Below are positions 19,152 to 29,394 of a stretch of 64,000 nucleotides of DNA, in pieces. Every line of letters begins with the position of its first letter. Within the stretch, counting starts at the first letter, position 1. A program made the translations under genes and the position numbers. Location: positions 1,600,001-1,664,000 of the forward strand of contig CAVXKA010000001.1 of the NCBI GenBank assembly GCA_963762255.1. The letters are read 5' to 3'. The DNA is from Candidatus Eiseniibacteriota bacterium. Its GTDB lineage: Bacteria > Eisenbacteria > RBG-16-71-46 > JABDJR01. Under the pieces are notes generated by a model. The model saw only the letters and a list, made by a program, of their open reading frames with translations. It had not been told where the DNA came from and searched no databases.

Positions 19152-20279
19152 TTACCTCCCGCCGAACCGCAGCTTCTCGGACAGCGCCCCCATCACGCGT
19201 GCGATCGCGGTCACCTCGGCCGCGCTGCTCGCCGCGCAGGCCGCGTTCAGGTCCACGGAGGGATCGAAGAAGAACGCCGGGCTGATCGGCACGTAGTCCA
19301 CCGTCGCGCCGCGGTCGGGATCGTCGACGCCGTCCAGGATGCGCGAGAGGCCGATCTCCTGGACCGAGAAATCGCTTCCCCAGTAGTTCCCCTCAACGGC
19401 AAGCGGTGTCGCCAGGTGCGGCTGATAGTTCGCCACCGCGAGGTCGGCGTCCCCGTTCCAGTAGAGGTCGTTCTCCGTGAAGTCGGGAACGGCGCCGCTC
19501 TCCAACAGGACCCCCAGCGACGAATTCGATCGCATGGCGTTTCCGGCCATGAGTGGTGTGACGTCTCGCAGCGCCCAGAACCCGATGCGATTCCGGCACA
19601 TGACGTTGGTGTCGTAGATGGGCGTGCCGATGCCGTCGGCGACCATGCCGACGTCGCAGCCGCGAATGAGATTCGCTCCGTACGCGCCGCCGGATGTTTC
19701 GTTGAGGACCCCGATGGAGTCCGCGTCCTCCACGAGGTTGCCTATCACGTACGGCTGCGCCGCCTGGCGCACGTGGATGCCCACCCGCCCGCGGTTGAAC
19801 CGGTCGCCGATGAGTTCGCCGGCGAGCGCCACGATCAGGGCACCGGTGTCGTAGTCGTCGAAGACGAAGTTCTCCAGGATCGTGCTGTTGCCGACCGAGT
19901 CCATCACCACGCCGATGACGCCGGGCTCGCCGGTCGTGTCGCGAAGCACGACCGATCCCGCCGAGCCCTCGCCGAGTACGCGCACGCCGTCCTTCATGAA
20001 CAGCGAGGCGCGCACCGAGTCGCCGTCGACCGAGAGCGCGCGAATCTCCGAGCCGAAATACGTCCCCGGTCGAACCAACACCAGTTCCCCCGCGAGCGCG
20101 GCGTCCACCGCGGCCTGCGGTGTGGGGAAGTCGGTCGGAACCACGATCGCGTCGATCGGAGTTGAAGTCTTGTCGTCCGTGCATCCGATGAAGGGCGCGA
20201 GAAGGGTGACGCCGGCGAGGATGAGCATCCCGATAGCTGTGAACGGGGGAGTGGCGGAGGGTCGTGAGGTCATGCGCAT
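19152..20279 (-). CDS. Lipoprotein with right-handed parallel beta-helix repeats
   Basis: Lipobox FIGC; VPTDFPTPQAAVDAA..G..VLVRPGTY; repeated N.I..N...GI; NYWG. Confidence 0.7.
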   Translation of the reverse strand: MRMTSRPSATPPFTAIGMLILAGVTLLAPFIGCTDDKTSTPIDAIVVPTDFPTPQAAVDAALAGELVLVRPGTYFGSEIRALSVDGDSVRASLFMKDGVRVLGEGSAGSVVLRDTTGEPGVIGVVMDSVGNSTILENFVFDDYDTGALIVALAGELIGDRFNRGRVGIHVRQAAQPYVIGNLVEDADSIGVLNETSGGAYGANLIRGCDVGMVADGIGTPIYDTNVMCRNRIGFWALRDVTPLMAGNAMRSNSSLGVLLESGAVPDFTENDLYWNGDADLAVANYQPHLATPLAVEGNYWGSDFSVQEIGLSRILDGVDDPDRGATVDYVPISPAFFFDPSVDLNAACAASSAAEVTAIARVMGALSEKLRFGGR

Positions 20280-20288
20280 ACCAAGACG

Positions 20289-21236
20289 CTACAGCGTGCG
20301 GAGGGCTCCGGGCAAGCACGAGAGTTCCACCACGCGGGCGTCGTGGCCGAGAAACTCGCCGTCGGTGTAGACCGGGATGCTCTCGGGGGCCTCGACCCGC
20401 GCGGTCGCAAAGCGGCTTGTGTGCACCCGCCGCGAACGCAGGTGGCTCCCGCGGAAGGTACGGGGGAGAAGCCAGAGCACGCGCACGAGGCCCATGGCGT
20501 CGACCCGCACGAGATCGAGCGCTCCATCGTCGATCCGTGCGTCTGGGGCAAGTAGAAACGCGCCCCCCACGCGCCGGCCGTTGACGGCGGCGAGCATCGA
20601 GACCGTGCCGTCGAACGCGGCGCCTTCGCCGGGCCCGTGCGAGACGCCCGTCGTGCCAACGGTGCCCGCGTGCTCGACGGAGATCCGCACCCCGTACGAA
20701 CGGAACCGGGGCAGCGTCTTCACAAGGGCTACCAGGTAGAGGAGCGGCCCCTTGATCGCGTGACGGCCGCTGCTGGCCGCGTTGACCAGCGCCTCGAAGC
20801 CGAACCCGACGTTGTTATGGAAACGGCACGAAACTGTGCGGCCGCCGGGAAAGGTCGCGGTGAGCTCGCCAAGGTCGATCCGCGTTTCCCGAGCGGCGCG
20901 CACGCGATCGAGGCAGGCATCGAGATCCCGCGGCCACCCGGTCATCCACGCGAAGTCGTTGCCGCTTCCCCACGGAATCACGGCAAGGCGGTGCCGGCCG
21001 AGGTCCAGCGCCTGAATCGTCTCGTGGAGCGTGCCGTCGCCTCCGACCACCATCACGGTATCGAAATCGGCACCGCGCTCGCGCACGATCTGCGCTGCAT
21101 GGCCGGGGCGTTCGGTGAGGACGATCTCGTGATCGAGCCCGCGCGCGGTCATCGCGTCCGAGACGGTTTGCGGGTCGCGATGCGCACGGCCGCGTCCCGC
21201 CGCCGGGTTGAACACGACGAGATGGCGCAGGGTCAG
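20289..21236 (-). CDS. Diacylglycerol kinase family lipid kinase (YegS/DAGK)
   Basis: NPAAGRG, GGDGTLHE, IPWGSGNDFA, DDGALD, YTDGE. Start uncertain, possibly CTG. Confidence 0.85.
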   Translation of the reverse strand: MTLRHLVVFNPAAGRGRAHRDPQTVSDAMTARGLDHEIVLTERPGHAAQIVRERGADFDTVMVVGGDGTLHETIQALDLGRHRLAVIPWGSGNDFAWMTGWPRDLDACLDRVRAARETRIDLGELTATFPGGRTVSCRFHNNVGFGFEALVNAASSGRHAIKGPLLYLVALVKTLPRFRSYGVRISVEHAGTVGTTGVSHGPGEGAAFDGTVSMLAAVNGRRVGGAFLLAPDARIDDGALDLVRVDAMGLVRVLWLLPRTFRGSHLRSRRVHTSRFATARVEAPESIPVYTDGEFLGHDARVVELSCLPGALRTL

Positions 21237-22921
21237 TCCTTGCGAAGCGATGTCTCGACCTGGGTCGCCACCGCTTCTGCATGGCGGCGCGCCTCGGAGA
21301 CCGCCACGTGGGCCTTGGCCGCGATCCCGGAGGCCCACGCATCGTCCCCGTCGAGGTTGTTCAGGTTGATGAGCACGTTGTAGTAGGCGCCCTCGGCGGC
21401 GGTCCGCGCGGCAAGCGCCGCGACTCCCGCGTCGCTCACCGAGTTGGGATTGCCCTTCATTGCCACCTCCCGCGCGAGATTCAGCACGGGGAGCGCGCGC
21501 TCGAGAACGGCCAGCGGCACGAGGGTGGCGCCTCGGTTCGCTTCACGCAGCGCGATCGCCTTGCGCTCCTTCTCTTCGTCCGTGCCGGAGGGGAGACGGA
21601 TCGCATCCATGACCTTCTTGAAGGCGTCGGTGTCCTCGTCCACCGCGCGCAGGAACGCGTCTTTCTCGCCCTGCCCGCGATCGGCGATGTCGATCATCTC
21701 CTCCCACACGGATTCCTGCCCCTTGCGACCCACGGTGAGGTTGGCCACCATCGCGGCGAGCGCGGCGGCGAGCGCGCCGCAGAGCGCGGCCACGCTGCCG
21801 CCGCCGGGAGCGGGGGAGTCGGTCGAGAGCTCGTCCACGAAGCCCGGTCACGGTGCGCTCCACGAGGAGCTTCTTTCCCTGGTCGCGCAGAAGCCGGTAC
21901 TCGATGATCTTCTCGTCGGGGTCGAACGGTGCGATCTCGCGGAGCCCCAACGATTGGATCGCGGTCTCCACGAGTTGTCGCTCCGGAATGCCGGTGGACC
22001 GCTTCTGCCTGCGCAGATAGTGCCGCCCCGCCATGAGCATCGCCTCGAGCGGGATCAGGCCGACCAACTCGCGAGCCGGTCGCGCGCAGGCCCGCGCGCG
22101 CGCGCTTCCTCTTCGCAGGCGTCGAACGCCGCATGCGGCGGCGAGACTGTGTAGTCGACGAGGTTCATGGAGATCTGCGCGCGGTCGTACTCTTCGATGA
22201 ACCAGCCCACTCCCTTCACCGCCCTCAAGCGGCCGGGAACCTTGACCGAGCTGCCGTCCGGATGACGCACGATTTCGCCGCCGGCGTCGCGCTTGGCGCG
22301 GCCTCCTTCGCGCACGGCGAAGGCGACGTCGTTGGCGAGGCGACGATCGCGCGTGTTCAGGTTCACGTTGTAGGCGATGAGGAACTGGCGCGCGCCGATC
22401 ACGGTGGCGCCGCTCTTGGCGTTGAACGTGGCGGGTCCGAAGTCGGGCTTCCACTCGGGATCGGCGAGCTTCTGCGCGAGCGCCTCGTACTCGCCCTTGC
22501 GGACGTCGGCGAGGTTGCGCCGCTCGGGGCGCGAAGCCGCGCATTCGTAGAGGTAGACGGGAATGCCCAGCTCGTCGCCCACGCGCTTGCCGAGCCGGCG
22601 CGCGAGCTCGGCGCACTCCTCCATCGTGATGCCGGAGATCGGCACGAACGGGCAGACGTCGGTGGCGCCCATGCGCGGGTGTTCGCCGCTATGCGTGCGC
22701 ATGTCGATCAGGAGCGCCGCGGCCTTGATGCCCTGAAAGGCGGCCTCGACCACCGCATCCGGCGTGCCGACCAGCGTCACCACGGTGCGGTTGGTGGCCT
22801 GGCCGGGGTCCACGTCGAGGACCGCCGCCCCCTCGACGGCGCCGAGAGCGCGGGTGATCTGGTCGATGACGGACTTGTTGCGTCCTTCGCTGAAGTTGGG
22901 GACGCACTCGACGATGGGCAT
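21233..22921 (-). CDS. ftcd: Glutamate formimidoyltransferase / formimidoyl-THF cyclodeaminase, interrupted by three single-base insertions
   Basis: ECVPNFSEG, GEHPRMGATDVCPF, QISMNL, ELVGLIP, SPAPGGGSVAA, GNPNSVSDAGV spread across frames. Confidence 0.9.
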
Positions 22922-22969
22922 GCGCGGGCTCCTTGGTGTCGGACGCCGTGGTTGGCGAACCGGCCACGG

Positions 22970-22998
22970 AGTCTAGGAAACGCCCCAAGGGGGGTCAA
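22970..22998 (-). promoter_or_regulatory. Sigma70-type promoter for ftcd
   Basis: Minus strand TTGACC-N17-TAGACT. Confidence 0.6.
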
Positions 22999-23054
22999 GG
23001 CGGCGTTGCGCGGGCGCGCGGAGGGGCAACGAGTCGAGCACCGGCCTGCGGCGG

Positions 23055-24119
23055 TCAGTCGAGGGCGCGGATCGGCACCGGGACGAGCGCGATGGGACCG
23101 TCCCCGGCCAGGAAATCGTCCACGATGGTTCCGTTTGCGAGGTCCACCACCACGACCGCATCGAGATCGAAGTTGGCGGCGTAGAGGCGGCCCTGAACCA
23201 GCGCGAGCGCGGAGTAGCCTGACTCGGGCAAGAGAGGATTTGCCGTCGTGCGCAGCGCGTTGAAGCCGGCGGTGTCGTAGGCGAGGATCCCGCCGTAGAA
23301 CCCGGCGAGGTAGGCCGTGCCGTCCAGCGCGAGCGCCACGCGCTGCGGCGATCCTCCGAGCAGAAGGGTGTCGCGAACCGCGGAGTAGTCCGCCTCCAGG
23401 CGCACCACGCGGCCGGTGACGTCGCTGAAGTTACCCGTACACACGACGTGCAAACGCGCGTCGGCGCCGGTGAAGATCGTCTGCGGGTTGGGGGGCACGG
23501 CGAGGCGCACTCGCTCGGCGAGAGTGCTCTTGGTGAGCACGACCACCGTGCCGTTGCCGAACGCGCCGATCGTGCCCTCGAACCCGGTCAGGCTCACCGC
23601 GACCTCGGTGGGGCCGACCCAGAGGCCTTCGAGACCGGAGCCCACCGCCACGCGACGCAGCACGTTGCGAGCGTCGAGATCGATCTCGAGCAGCTCGCCG
23701 CTCAGGAAGCAGGTCACCCAGGCGCGGCGCGGATTCGCGGGATCCACTGCGAACTCCCACGGATTGGAGCCCGTGCCGGTGCCGATGCAGCCGACGGTCA
23801 GCCCGCTCGCGAGGTCCACCACGGAGATCGTGTTGTCGCCGGAGTTCACCATGTAGAGATAGTCGCCCACGACGTCGAGGTCGTTGGGCGCGCGCCCGGT
23901 GAGCCCGCGCTCCGCGAGAGGCGCGAGATCCGCCGTGTCGAGCCGCGCGGCCAGCCAATCCTCGCCGAGCGAGTTCGCCACCACGAGGTAGGCGCGTGTC
24001 GCCTCCAGTGCCGGACCTTGATCGTTCAATGTGGGGCAGAGCGTACCGGGCTTCTCCGTGCCGGAAGAGCATCCCACGACAAGCAGCGCCGCTGCGAGCA
24101 TCCATGCGTGCATCCTCAT
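23055..24119 (-). CDS. YncE/BtuG-like beta-propeller lipoprotein
   Basis: Lipobox VVGC; YMVNSGDNTISVVDL, GTGSNPW, LHVVCTGNF; last gene of the riboswitch operon. Confidence 0.7.
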   Translation of the reverse strand: MRMHAWMLAAALLVVGCSSGTEKPGTLCPTLNDQGPALEATRAYLVVANSLGEDWLAARLDTADLAPLAERGLTGRAPNDLDVVGDYLYMVNSGDNTISVVDLASGLTVGCIGTGTGSNPWEFAVDPANPRRAWVTCFLSGELLEIDLDARNVLRRVAVGSGLEGLWVGPTEVAVSLTGFEGTIGAFGNGTVVVLTKSTLAERVRLAVPPNPQTIFTGADARLHVVCTGNFSDVTGRVVRLEADYSAVRDTLLLGGSPQRVALALDGTAYLAGFYGGILAYDTAGFNALRTTANPLLPESGYSALALVQGRLYAANFDLDAVVVVDLANGTIVDDFLAGDGPIALVPVPIRALD

Positions 24120-25672
24120 CGCGACCTCACGATCCGGCCGAGAGGCATCCAGGCTCTGCCTGCATCGTCCCATCCGAAAACGAAATACACCCCGGCGGGC
24201 ACGGATCGACCGGAGGCGTCGCGCCCGTCCCAGGTGACGCGGCCTTCGCGCGCGGCCAGCGTCGATCGCTCGCGCCCCAGCGCATCGACCACACGCACTC
24301 GGGACACGCTTGGCGTAAGCGCGCTCACGGTCACCGACGCGGCAAACGGGTTCGGCCAGGCGCGGGCCGCCGGAGGCGGATGCAGATCCTGCGTCGCCGT
24401 CGTCGATCCCTGCTCGGCGCGAAAGTAGATCTCGGCGTTGCCGTGGCGGGCGTCCTGCCAGAGCACGAAGACACGACCCGCGCGGTCGGTGAGCATGGAT
24501 GGGCGCGACGATTTCCCCGAGCCGTCGCTCAATCGCGTGTCCGACGCGCCGGTGGAATCCCACGCGGAGCCGGCAGCGATCGCCTGGTAGAAGATTTCGC
24601 GGTTGAATACGGAGACGCGCGCGTCCTGCCACGTCAGATGGCGGCGTCCTTCGGCGTCGATTGCGAGCGCGGGCTCCTCGGCGCCTACACCGCCGGGGGA
24701 GACACGGCGCGGAGGCCCCCAGGCGCCGCCGGCCGGGCGCTCGCGCAAGTAGACCGCCTTGTCGCCACCGCGGGCGTCGGCCCATGCGGCAACCACGGTG
24801 CCGTCGCTCGCCACTGCCAGCGTTGCTCCGTCGGCGGAGACACCGGGAGGGGAGAGGGCGACCTGCGCGCCCCACGCACCGGCCGCACTGCGCTCGCGGT
24901 AGAGGATGCGATACGAGCCGTCGGTATTGTCGCGCCACGCAAGATGCAGTGAGCCGTCTGGACCCGCGACCAGCGCCGCGAACTGGGAATCGCCGGGATT
25001 CGCTGTGACGTTCAGGTCCGGCGCGTCGCCCGGCGCCACGTTCCACATGCCGTCCTCGCGCGACTTGAACAGGATCTCCCCGGCATCGTTATCGAAACGA
25101 TAGTCGTACCATGCGACATGGGCCACGCCGTCCGTGTCGACCGCCACGGTCGGTACGTACGAGTTGTCGCCGTTCGTCTCCGGATGCTGCGATGTGGTCA
25201 GACGCAACTCGCTGGTGGAATCTCCCCACGCCGCGCCCGGTGGGCGCACCTTCGTGAAGAGTTCGAGGTTCTGAATGCCGGCCGCACGGTAGTCGTGCCA
25301 CACCATGAGCAGCGTGTCTCCGGCAAGATATGCGAGCGCGGGGAACTTGGCGCCCAGCCCGGTCCCGACGTAGGACGGCAGGTAATCCACCGCCAGCTCC
25401 AGCGATCCCCAGGCTCCGGTCACCTCACGCGTGCGCGTGTAGATCCGGAAGTTGTTGTTCGGGCCGTCCTGTTCGGCCCACGCCGCGGTGAGACGGCCCC
25501 ACGAATCGACGGCAAGCGCGCCGTGGTTGAGCCCGGTCTCACTCACGGTGCCAGCCGTGGTGATCCTCTCCTCGGGACCCCACTCCAGGGCATGCGCGGA
25601 TGCCGGGAACGACGCGCCGAGTGCCGTTGCCGCAAGCATAAGACCCATCGTGGCGAGCAGAGCGCGTCTCAC
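24116..25672 (-). CDS. Secreted repeat (BNR/propeller-like) protein with C-terminal FlgD/T9SS-like domain
   Basis: GTGA overlap; signal peptide AHA-L; repeats P..A.D..G..H.AW.D.R....EI.Y; WPNPF...WDGRDASG.SVPAGVYF. Confidence 0.65.
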   Translation of the reverse strand: MRRALLATMGLMLAATALGASFPASAHALEWGPEERITTAGTVSETGLNHGALAVDSWGRLTAAWAEQDGPNNNFRIYTRTREVTGAWGSLELAVDYLPSYVGTGLGAKFPALAYLAGDTLLMVWHDYRAAGIQNLELFTKVRPPGAAWGDSTSELRLTTSQHPETNGDNSYVPTVAVDTDGVAHVAWYDYRFDNDAGEILFKSREDGMWNVAPGDAPDLNVTANPGDSQFAALVAGPDGSLHLAWRDNTDGSYRILYRERSAAGAWGAQVALSPPGVSADGATLAVASDGTVVAAWADARGGDKAVYLRERPAGGAWGPPRRVSPGGVGAEEPALAIDAEGRRHLTWQDARVSVFNREIFYQAIAAGSAWDSTGASDTRLSDGSGKSSRPSMLTDRAGRVFVLWQDARHGNAEIYFRAEQGSTTATQDLHPPPAARAWPNPFAASVTVSALTPSVSRVRVVDALGRERSTLAAREGRVTWDGRDASGRSVPAGVYFVFGWDDAGRAWMPLGRIVRSR

Positions 25673-27609
25673 GATCCGGCCGTGAACCCGTAACGCAGCC
25701 CCAGCAGGAACTCGCGCCCGGAGGTCGCATAGCCGCGGAGATCCTCGTAGCGTGTGTCGAAGACGTTTCGCCCCTCGATGTCGAGCCGCAGGGACGGCCG
25801 TGCCTGCCAGCGCACGCGCGCATGCCATACCGCGTATCCGTCGGACCATTTTGTATTGGCGGCGGTGAGGGGAATGCGCGCGGTTCCGCGTGCTCCCGCC
25901 GCGAATGTCCACTGCCCCATCCGCCATCCCAGCTCTCCGAAGCCGAAGGTGCGCGGCCGTCCGACGAGCTGCATGCCGCCGGTCACCGGATCGCCGGTCC
26001 GGTCCTCGGTATCGAGCCAGTTGAGCGCGGCATCGAAATACGCCGGCATCGGAACCTCTGCGATCCGATCCGGCACGCCCATCTCGCGCAGGCTCAGCGA
26101 CGCATCCGCCTCCACCCCACGCAAGCGCGCCTCGAGCACGTTGCGCGGACGCCACACGCCGTCGGCTCCTGGCGTCCACTGGATGAGGTCGGACACGCGG
26201 GATGTGAAGAGCGCGATCTGGGCGCGCGAGGCGCCTCGGCGCGCTTCTACCGCGAAATCGATATCGCTCGCGTGCTCGGGGCGCAGGTGCGGGTTGCCCG
26301 CCGCGCTGGCGCGGGCGGGCCAGAAGAGGTCGTCAAAGGTCGGGGGGCGAAACGAGGTCCCGGCGCCGGCGCGAAGCGCGATCCATCGCGAAGAGCCCGC
26401 CTCACCGACGACCGTTCGCGCGACACTGACGCGCGCGGTGCCGTGCGGTGCGAACCCCTCGATCGCGTCCGCACGCAGCGCCAGCGAGCCGCCCCAACGT
26501 CCGCGCGACTGCTGGATGAGGAACGTAGTCGCGGCCCGCCCTCTCGATACGTCGCCGTCGGTCGTGCTCTGCAGGCGGTCGGCGGTTCCGTCGACACGAG
26601 CGGTCACGTCGCCGCGGCCGAGGGTGTCCCTCCAACTCGCGGCCAGACGCAGTTGCCGGTTCTCGTGGCGGTCGTCGACCGCACCGAGCGGGTTCGCATG
26701 ATCTTCGAAGCGCCTCGTGAACGCGAACGCGGAGAGATCCATATCGAGCGATCCCGGCACGCCTTGCGCGCTCACGCCTCGCGCACCCAGCGCGACCTCG
26801 GTGAAGTCGTCCCGACGCCCGGCGCCCGGGGAGGGGAAGGCGGTGCTTCCGGGGACATCGCGGCGATCTCGACGGTGTTCCGCGGACGCCTCCAGCGAAG
26901 CCGCCCACAGCGGATGGTAGGCCGCGCGCGCGCGGAATCCCGCGCCGCTCGCGTCCGCGCTGCGATCGCCGAGGCGCGGCGACGCGGTCTCGGCACGCAC
27001 CATCCCGTCGACCGTCCATCGTCCCTCTTGCCAGCCGGAAGTTGCGCGCAAGAGCCCTCGGCCTTCCGTTCCCGCCGCGATCCTCAACGCGGTCTCCGGC
27101 GCGCGATCCTCGCGGCGGACGAGGTTCACCGCCCCGCCCAGAGCTTCGGGACCGTAGAGAGCGCCCACCGCGCCGCGCACGATCTCGATGCGGTCGAGCG
27201 ACTCCGGGTCCAGCGGGCCGAGATCGACCCCGCCGCCCTGCGCGGTGTTGAGCGGGCGCCCGTCCACGAGGACAGCCACGCGGTCGGTGGGGAGCCCGCG
27301 CAGAGAGACACCGCGCGACTGGCCGTCGCCGAGGTCGATCATGCGGAGGCCGGCCACGGAAATCATCGCGTCGGCAAGATCGATCGGATCGCGCCGCAGG
27401 AGCCAGGCGCGGTCGAGCACCGTGCGCGCGCCCGGTTCAGCCGGAACCGGGCGATAGCGCGGCGCGCTGACGCGGATCGGTGGGAGCGTGTAGGTGGGGA
27501 GTTCGGCCACGAGCGTCGTGTCGACAGGGGCGCGACTCGGCCGGGCCTGCGGCGCCGTCGCTCCCGCTGGCGAAAACAGAAGCGCGCAGACGATGAAGAG
27601 CGCGCTCAC
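25669..27609 (-). CDS. TonB-dependent receptor, BtuB-like
   Basis: Plug motifs VSLRG...VLVDGRPL, RIEIVRGAVGALYGPEALGGAVNLV; FRPPTFDDL.W, GNPHLRPE, NVFDTRY, GREFLLGLRYGF. Confidence 0.85.
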   Translation of the reverse strand: MSALFIVCALLFSPAGATAPQARPSRAPVDTTLVAELPTYTLPPIRVSAPRYRPVPAEPGARTVLDRAWLLRRDPIDLADAMISVAGLRMIDLGDGQSRGVSLRGLPTDRVAVLVDGRPLNTAQGGGVDLGPLDPESLDRIEIVRGAVGALYGPEALGGAVNLVRREDRAPETALRIAAGTEGRGLLRATSGWQEGRWTVDGMVRAETASPRLGDRSADASGAGFRARAAYHPLWAASLEASAEHRRDRRDVPGSTAFPSPGAGRRDDFTEVALGARGVSAQGVPGSLDMDLSAFAFTRRFEDHANPLGAVDDRHENRQLRLAASWRDTLGRGDVTARVDGTADRLQSTTDGDVSRGRAATTFLIQQSRGRWGGSLALRADAIEGFAPHGTARVSVARTVVGEAGSSRWIALRAGAGTSFRPPTFDDLFWPARASAAGNPHLRPEHASDIDFAVEARRGASRAQIALFTSRVSDLIQWTPGADGVWRPRNVLEARLRGVEADASLSLREMGVPDRIAEVPMPAYFDAALNWLDTEDRTGDPVTGGMQLVGRPRTFGFGELGWRMGQWTFAAGARGTARIPLTAANTKWSDGYAVWHARVRWQARPSLRLDIEGRNVFDTRYEDLRGYATSGREFLLGLRYGFTAGS

Positions 27610-29231
27610 GGCAACAGAACCACGCGGCTCACCGCGGTGCGCGCGCCCTGGCATGCGCGAATGAAATAGATGCCGGGAGACACTCCCTGCATCTCCCATG
27701 TCGCGCCTGTCGCGCCGGGAGCGATCCGAGTCGTCGCGGCAATCCGTCCCGCGGCGTCGATGAGGGCAACGTGAATCACCCCGTCGTCGCCGCCCGAGAC
27801 CGCCAACGCGAGCGCCCCCCGCGCGGGGTTCATCGCGGGGCGCACGGCCAGCGGGGGGTGCGCGGAGGGTGCGTGCTGCGCCTCTCGAATCCCCAGCACC
27901 TCGGACGATCCGTCGCGCCATGTGGCGGAGAGACGGTAGACGAGGCGCCCCGCGGGAGCATGTTCGTCCATCACGCCGGCCTTCAACCCGTCCGGCGCCA
28001 TGGTGAGATCGCTCGCTGCGACCTCAGCCACAACGGTCCAGGCGGCGTCAGAATCGGCCGCCACACAGGGCCCGATGGCCTCGTCCAATGCGGGCGGTCC
28101 GTCAACGGCCCGCGCCACCGAGAACCGCACGGCATCGGCGTCGCGATCGACGGTCCAGCGCACGCTGACGCCGCGCGCGGTCGATTCCGCGGTGAAGGCG
28201 AGCAGCCGCACCGGCACCGCCGCTTCGGGGAGCAAGGCGAGCCACGATGGCCCGTCTCCCGTCGGGAAAGTCGCTTCCGGCGTGCAGTCGCTCAGTTGAA
28301 CTCGAACCAGGAGGTCGTCGCCGTAGAGCGCCACGTAGAGATGCCCGGCTCCATCCGCAAGCATTCCGGAGTACCCGGCGCCGCCGAAGGCGATAGGGTC
28401 GGTGAAGGAGTGGAGCACCTCGCGCGTGGAGGTCCGGTAGCTTGCGATGCCGCCGAAATAATCGCTCGCGTAGCCGACGCCATCAACGATCTCCAGATAC
28501 CCGGGGCTTCCCCCCAATAGCACGGTGTCGACGGGGGCGAGAGCGGCGATGGAGACGACATGGATTTCGCCGAACACGGAGAAATAGTTGCCGGTGCAGA
28601 TCACGTGCAGCTCGCCTCCCGTCGCGTGCATCCACTGCGGATTCAGCCCCACCGGGACCGTTCCCAGGTTCGCGAGTGAGCCGGCATCGAGGACGGTGAG
28701 CGCGCCGGGGTCGTATCCGAAATCGGTGAGGCGAATGCCGGAATCGGCGACGTAGAGCCGCCCGTCGACGAGCAGCAACCCCTCGGGGGCCCGCCCCACC
28801 GCGACGCGGCCGACTTCGGTGCCGCCCGCGTCGAACTTGACGACCTGGCTCGTGAGAAAGAGCGACGCGTAGACGTCTCCCGCGTCGTTCACCGCCACCG
28901 CATACGGGTTGGTCCCGACGCCGGTGCGCAGGGTGTCGAGCGGGTCCAGCGTAGATGCGTCCAGCACCATCAGGAGGTCGGCACCGGACACCGCGACGTA
29001 GAGCTTTCCACCGTGAACCGCCGCGTTCCCGGGGAATCCGGGAAACGTGAAGGCGTTCAGCGTGGACTGGCCGGTGGCGAGATCCACAAGGGACAGTGTG
29101 TTGTCGTTTCCGTTGAGAATGGCCGCTCGAGGGGCGGCTGACACGGGTGCAATGAACGCGGGTGCGATGAACGCGGGCGCGGCGAGCGCGGCGAGACCGA
29201 AGAAGAGGAGTCGGAAGAGCGAACGGTGCAT
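27606..29231 (-). CDS. Secreted YncE/BtuG-like beta-propeller with C-terminal T9SS-like sorting domain
   Basis: Signal peptide; GVGTNPY, VGRAPEG, LHVICTGNY shared with 23055-24119; PVRLLAFTA linker; PGIYFIRA...SRVVLLP. Confidence 0.65.
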   Translation of the reverse strand: MHRSLFRLLFFGLAALAAPAFIAPAFIAPVSAAPRAAILNGNDNTLSLVDLATGQSTLNAFTFPGFPGNAAVHGGKLYVAVSGADLLMVLDASTLDPLDTLRTGVGTNPYAVAVNDAGDVYASLFLTSQVVKFDAGGTEVGRVAVGRAPEGLLLVDGRLYVADSGIRLTDFGYDPGALTVLDAGSLANLGTVPVGLNPQWMHATGGELHVICTGNYFSVFGEIHVVSIAALAPVDTVLLGGSPGYLEIVDGVGYASDYFGGIASYRTSTREVLHSFTDPIAFGGAGYSGMLADGAGHLYVALYGDDLLVRVQLSDCTPEATFPTGDGPSWLALLPEAAVPVRLLAFTAESTARGVSVRWTVDRDADAVRFSVARAVDGPPALDEAIGPCVAADSDAAWTVVAEVAASDLTMAPDGLKAGVMDEHAPAGRLVYRLSATWRDGSSEVLGIREAQHAPSAHPPLAVRPAMNPARGALALAVSGGDDGVIHVALIDAAGRIAATTRIAPGATGATWEMQGVSPGIYFIRACQGARTAVSRVVLLP

Positions 29232-29311
29232 GGTGAAAGCCTCCCTTTCCACGCAGGGTGGCCTTCGAGACGGCGGGATCGGACGGCGGCGCGAGGCCCG
29301 GCGAGGCGGGC

Positions 29312-29347
29312 AAAAAGAAACCCGCCTCGAGAAGATGCCGAGACGGG
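29312..29347 (-). terminator. Intrinsic terminator in the riboswitch expression platform
   Basis: Minus strand CCCGUCUCG-N9-CGAGGCGGG stem followed by UUUCUUUUU. Confidence 0.75.
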
Positions 29348-29394
29348 CGCACCGTCGGTCGTCCTCACCTCCTCGAAGGACATGACTTCGCGTC

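Noticed and set aside
21835-22095. Programmed frameshifting or RNA editing in ftcd
   Set aside because: No slippery heptamers, and the same +1 pattern recurs in unrelated genes, so error is the simpler explanation.
29145-29180. 15-nt tandem duplication (APAFI-APAFI)
   Set aside because: In-frame duplication within a signal peptide; no sign of a repeat array.
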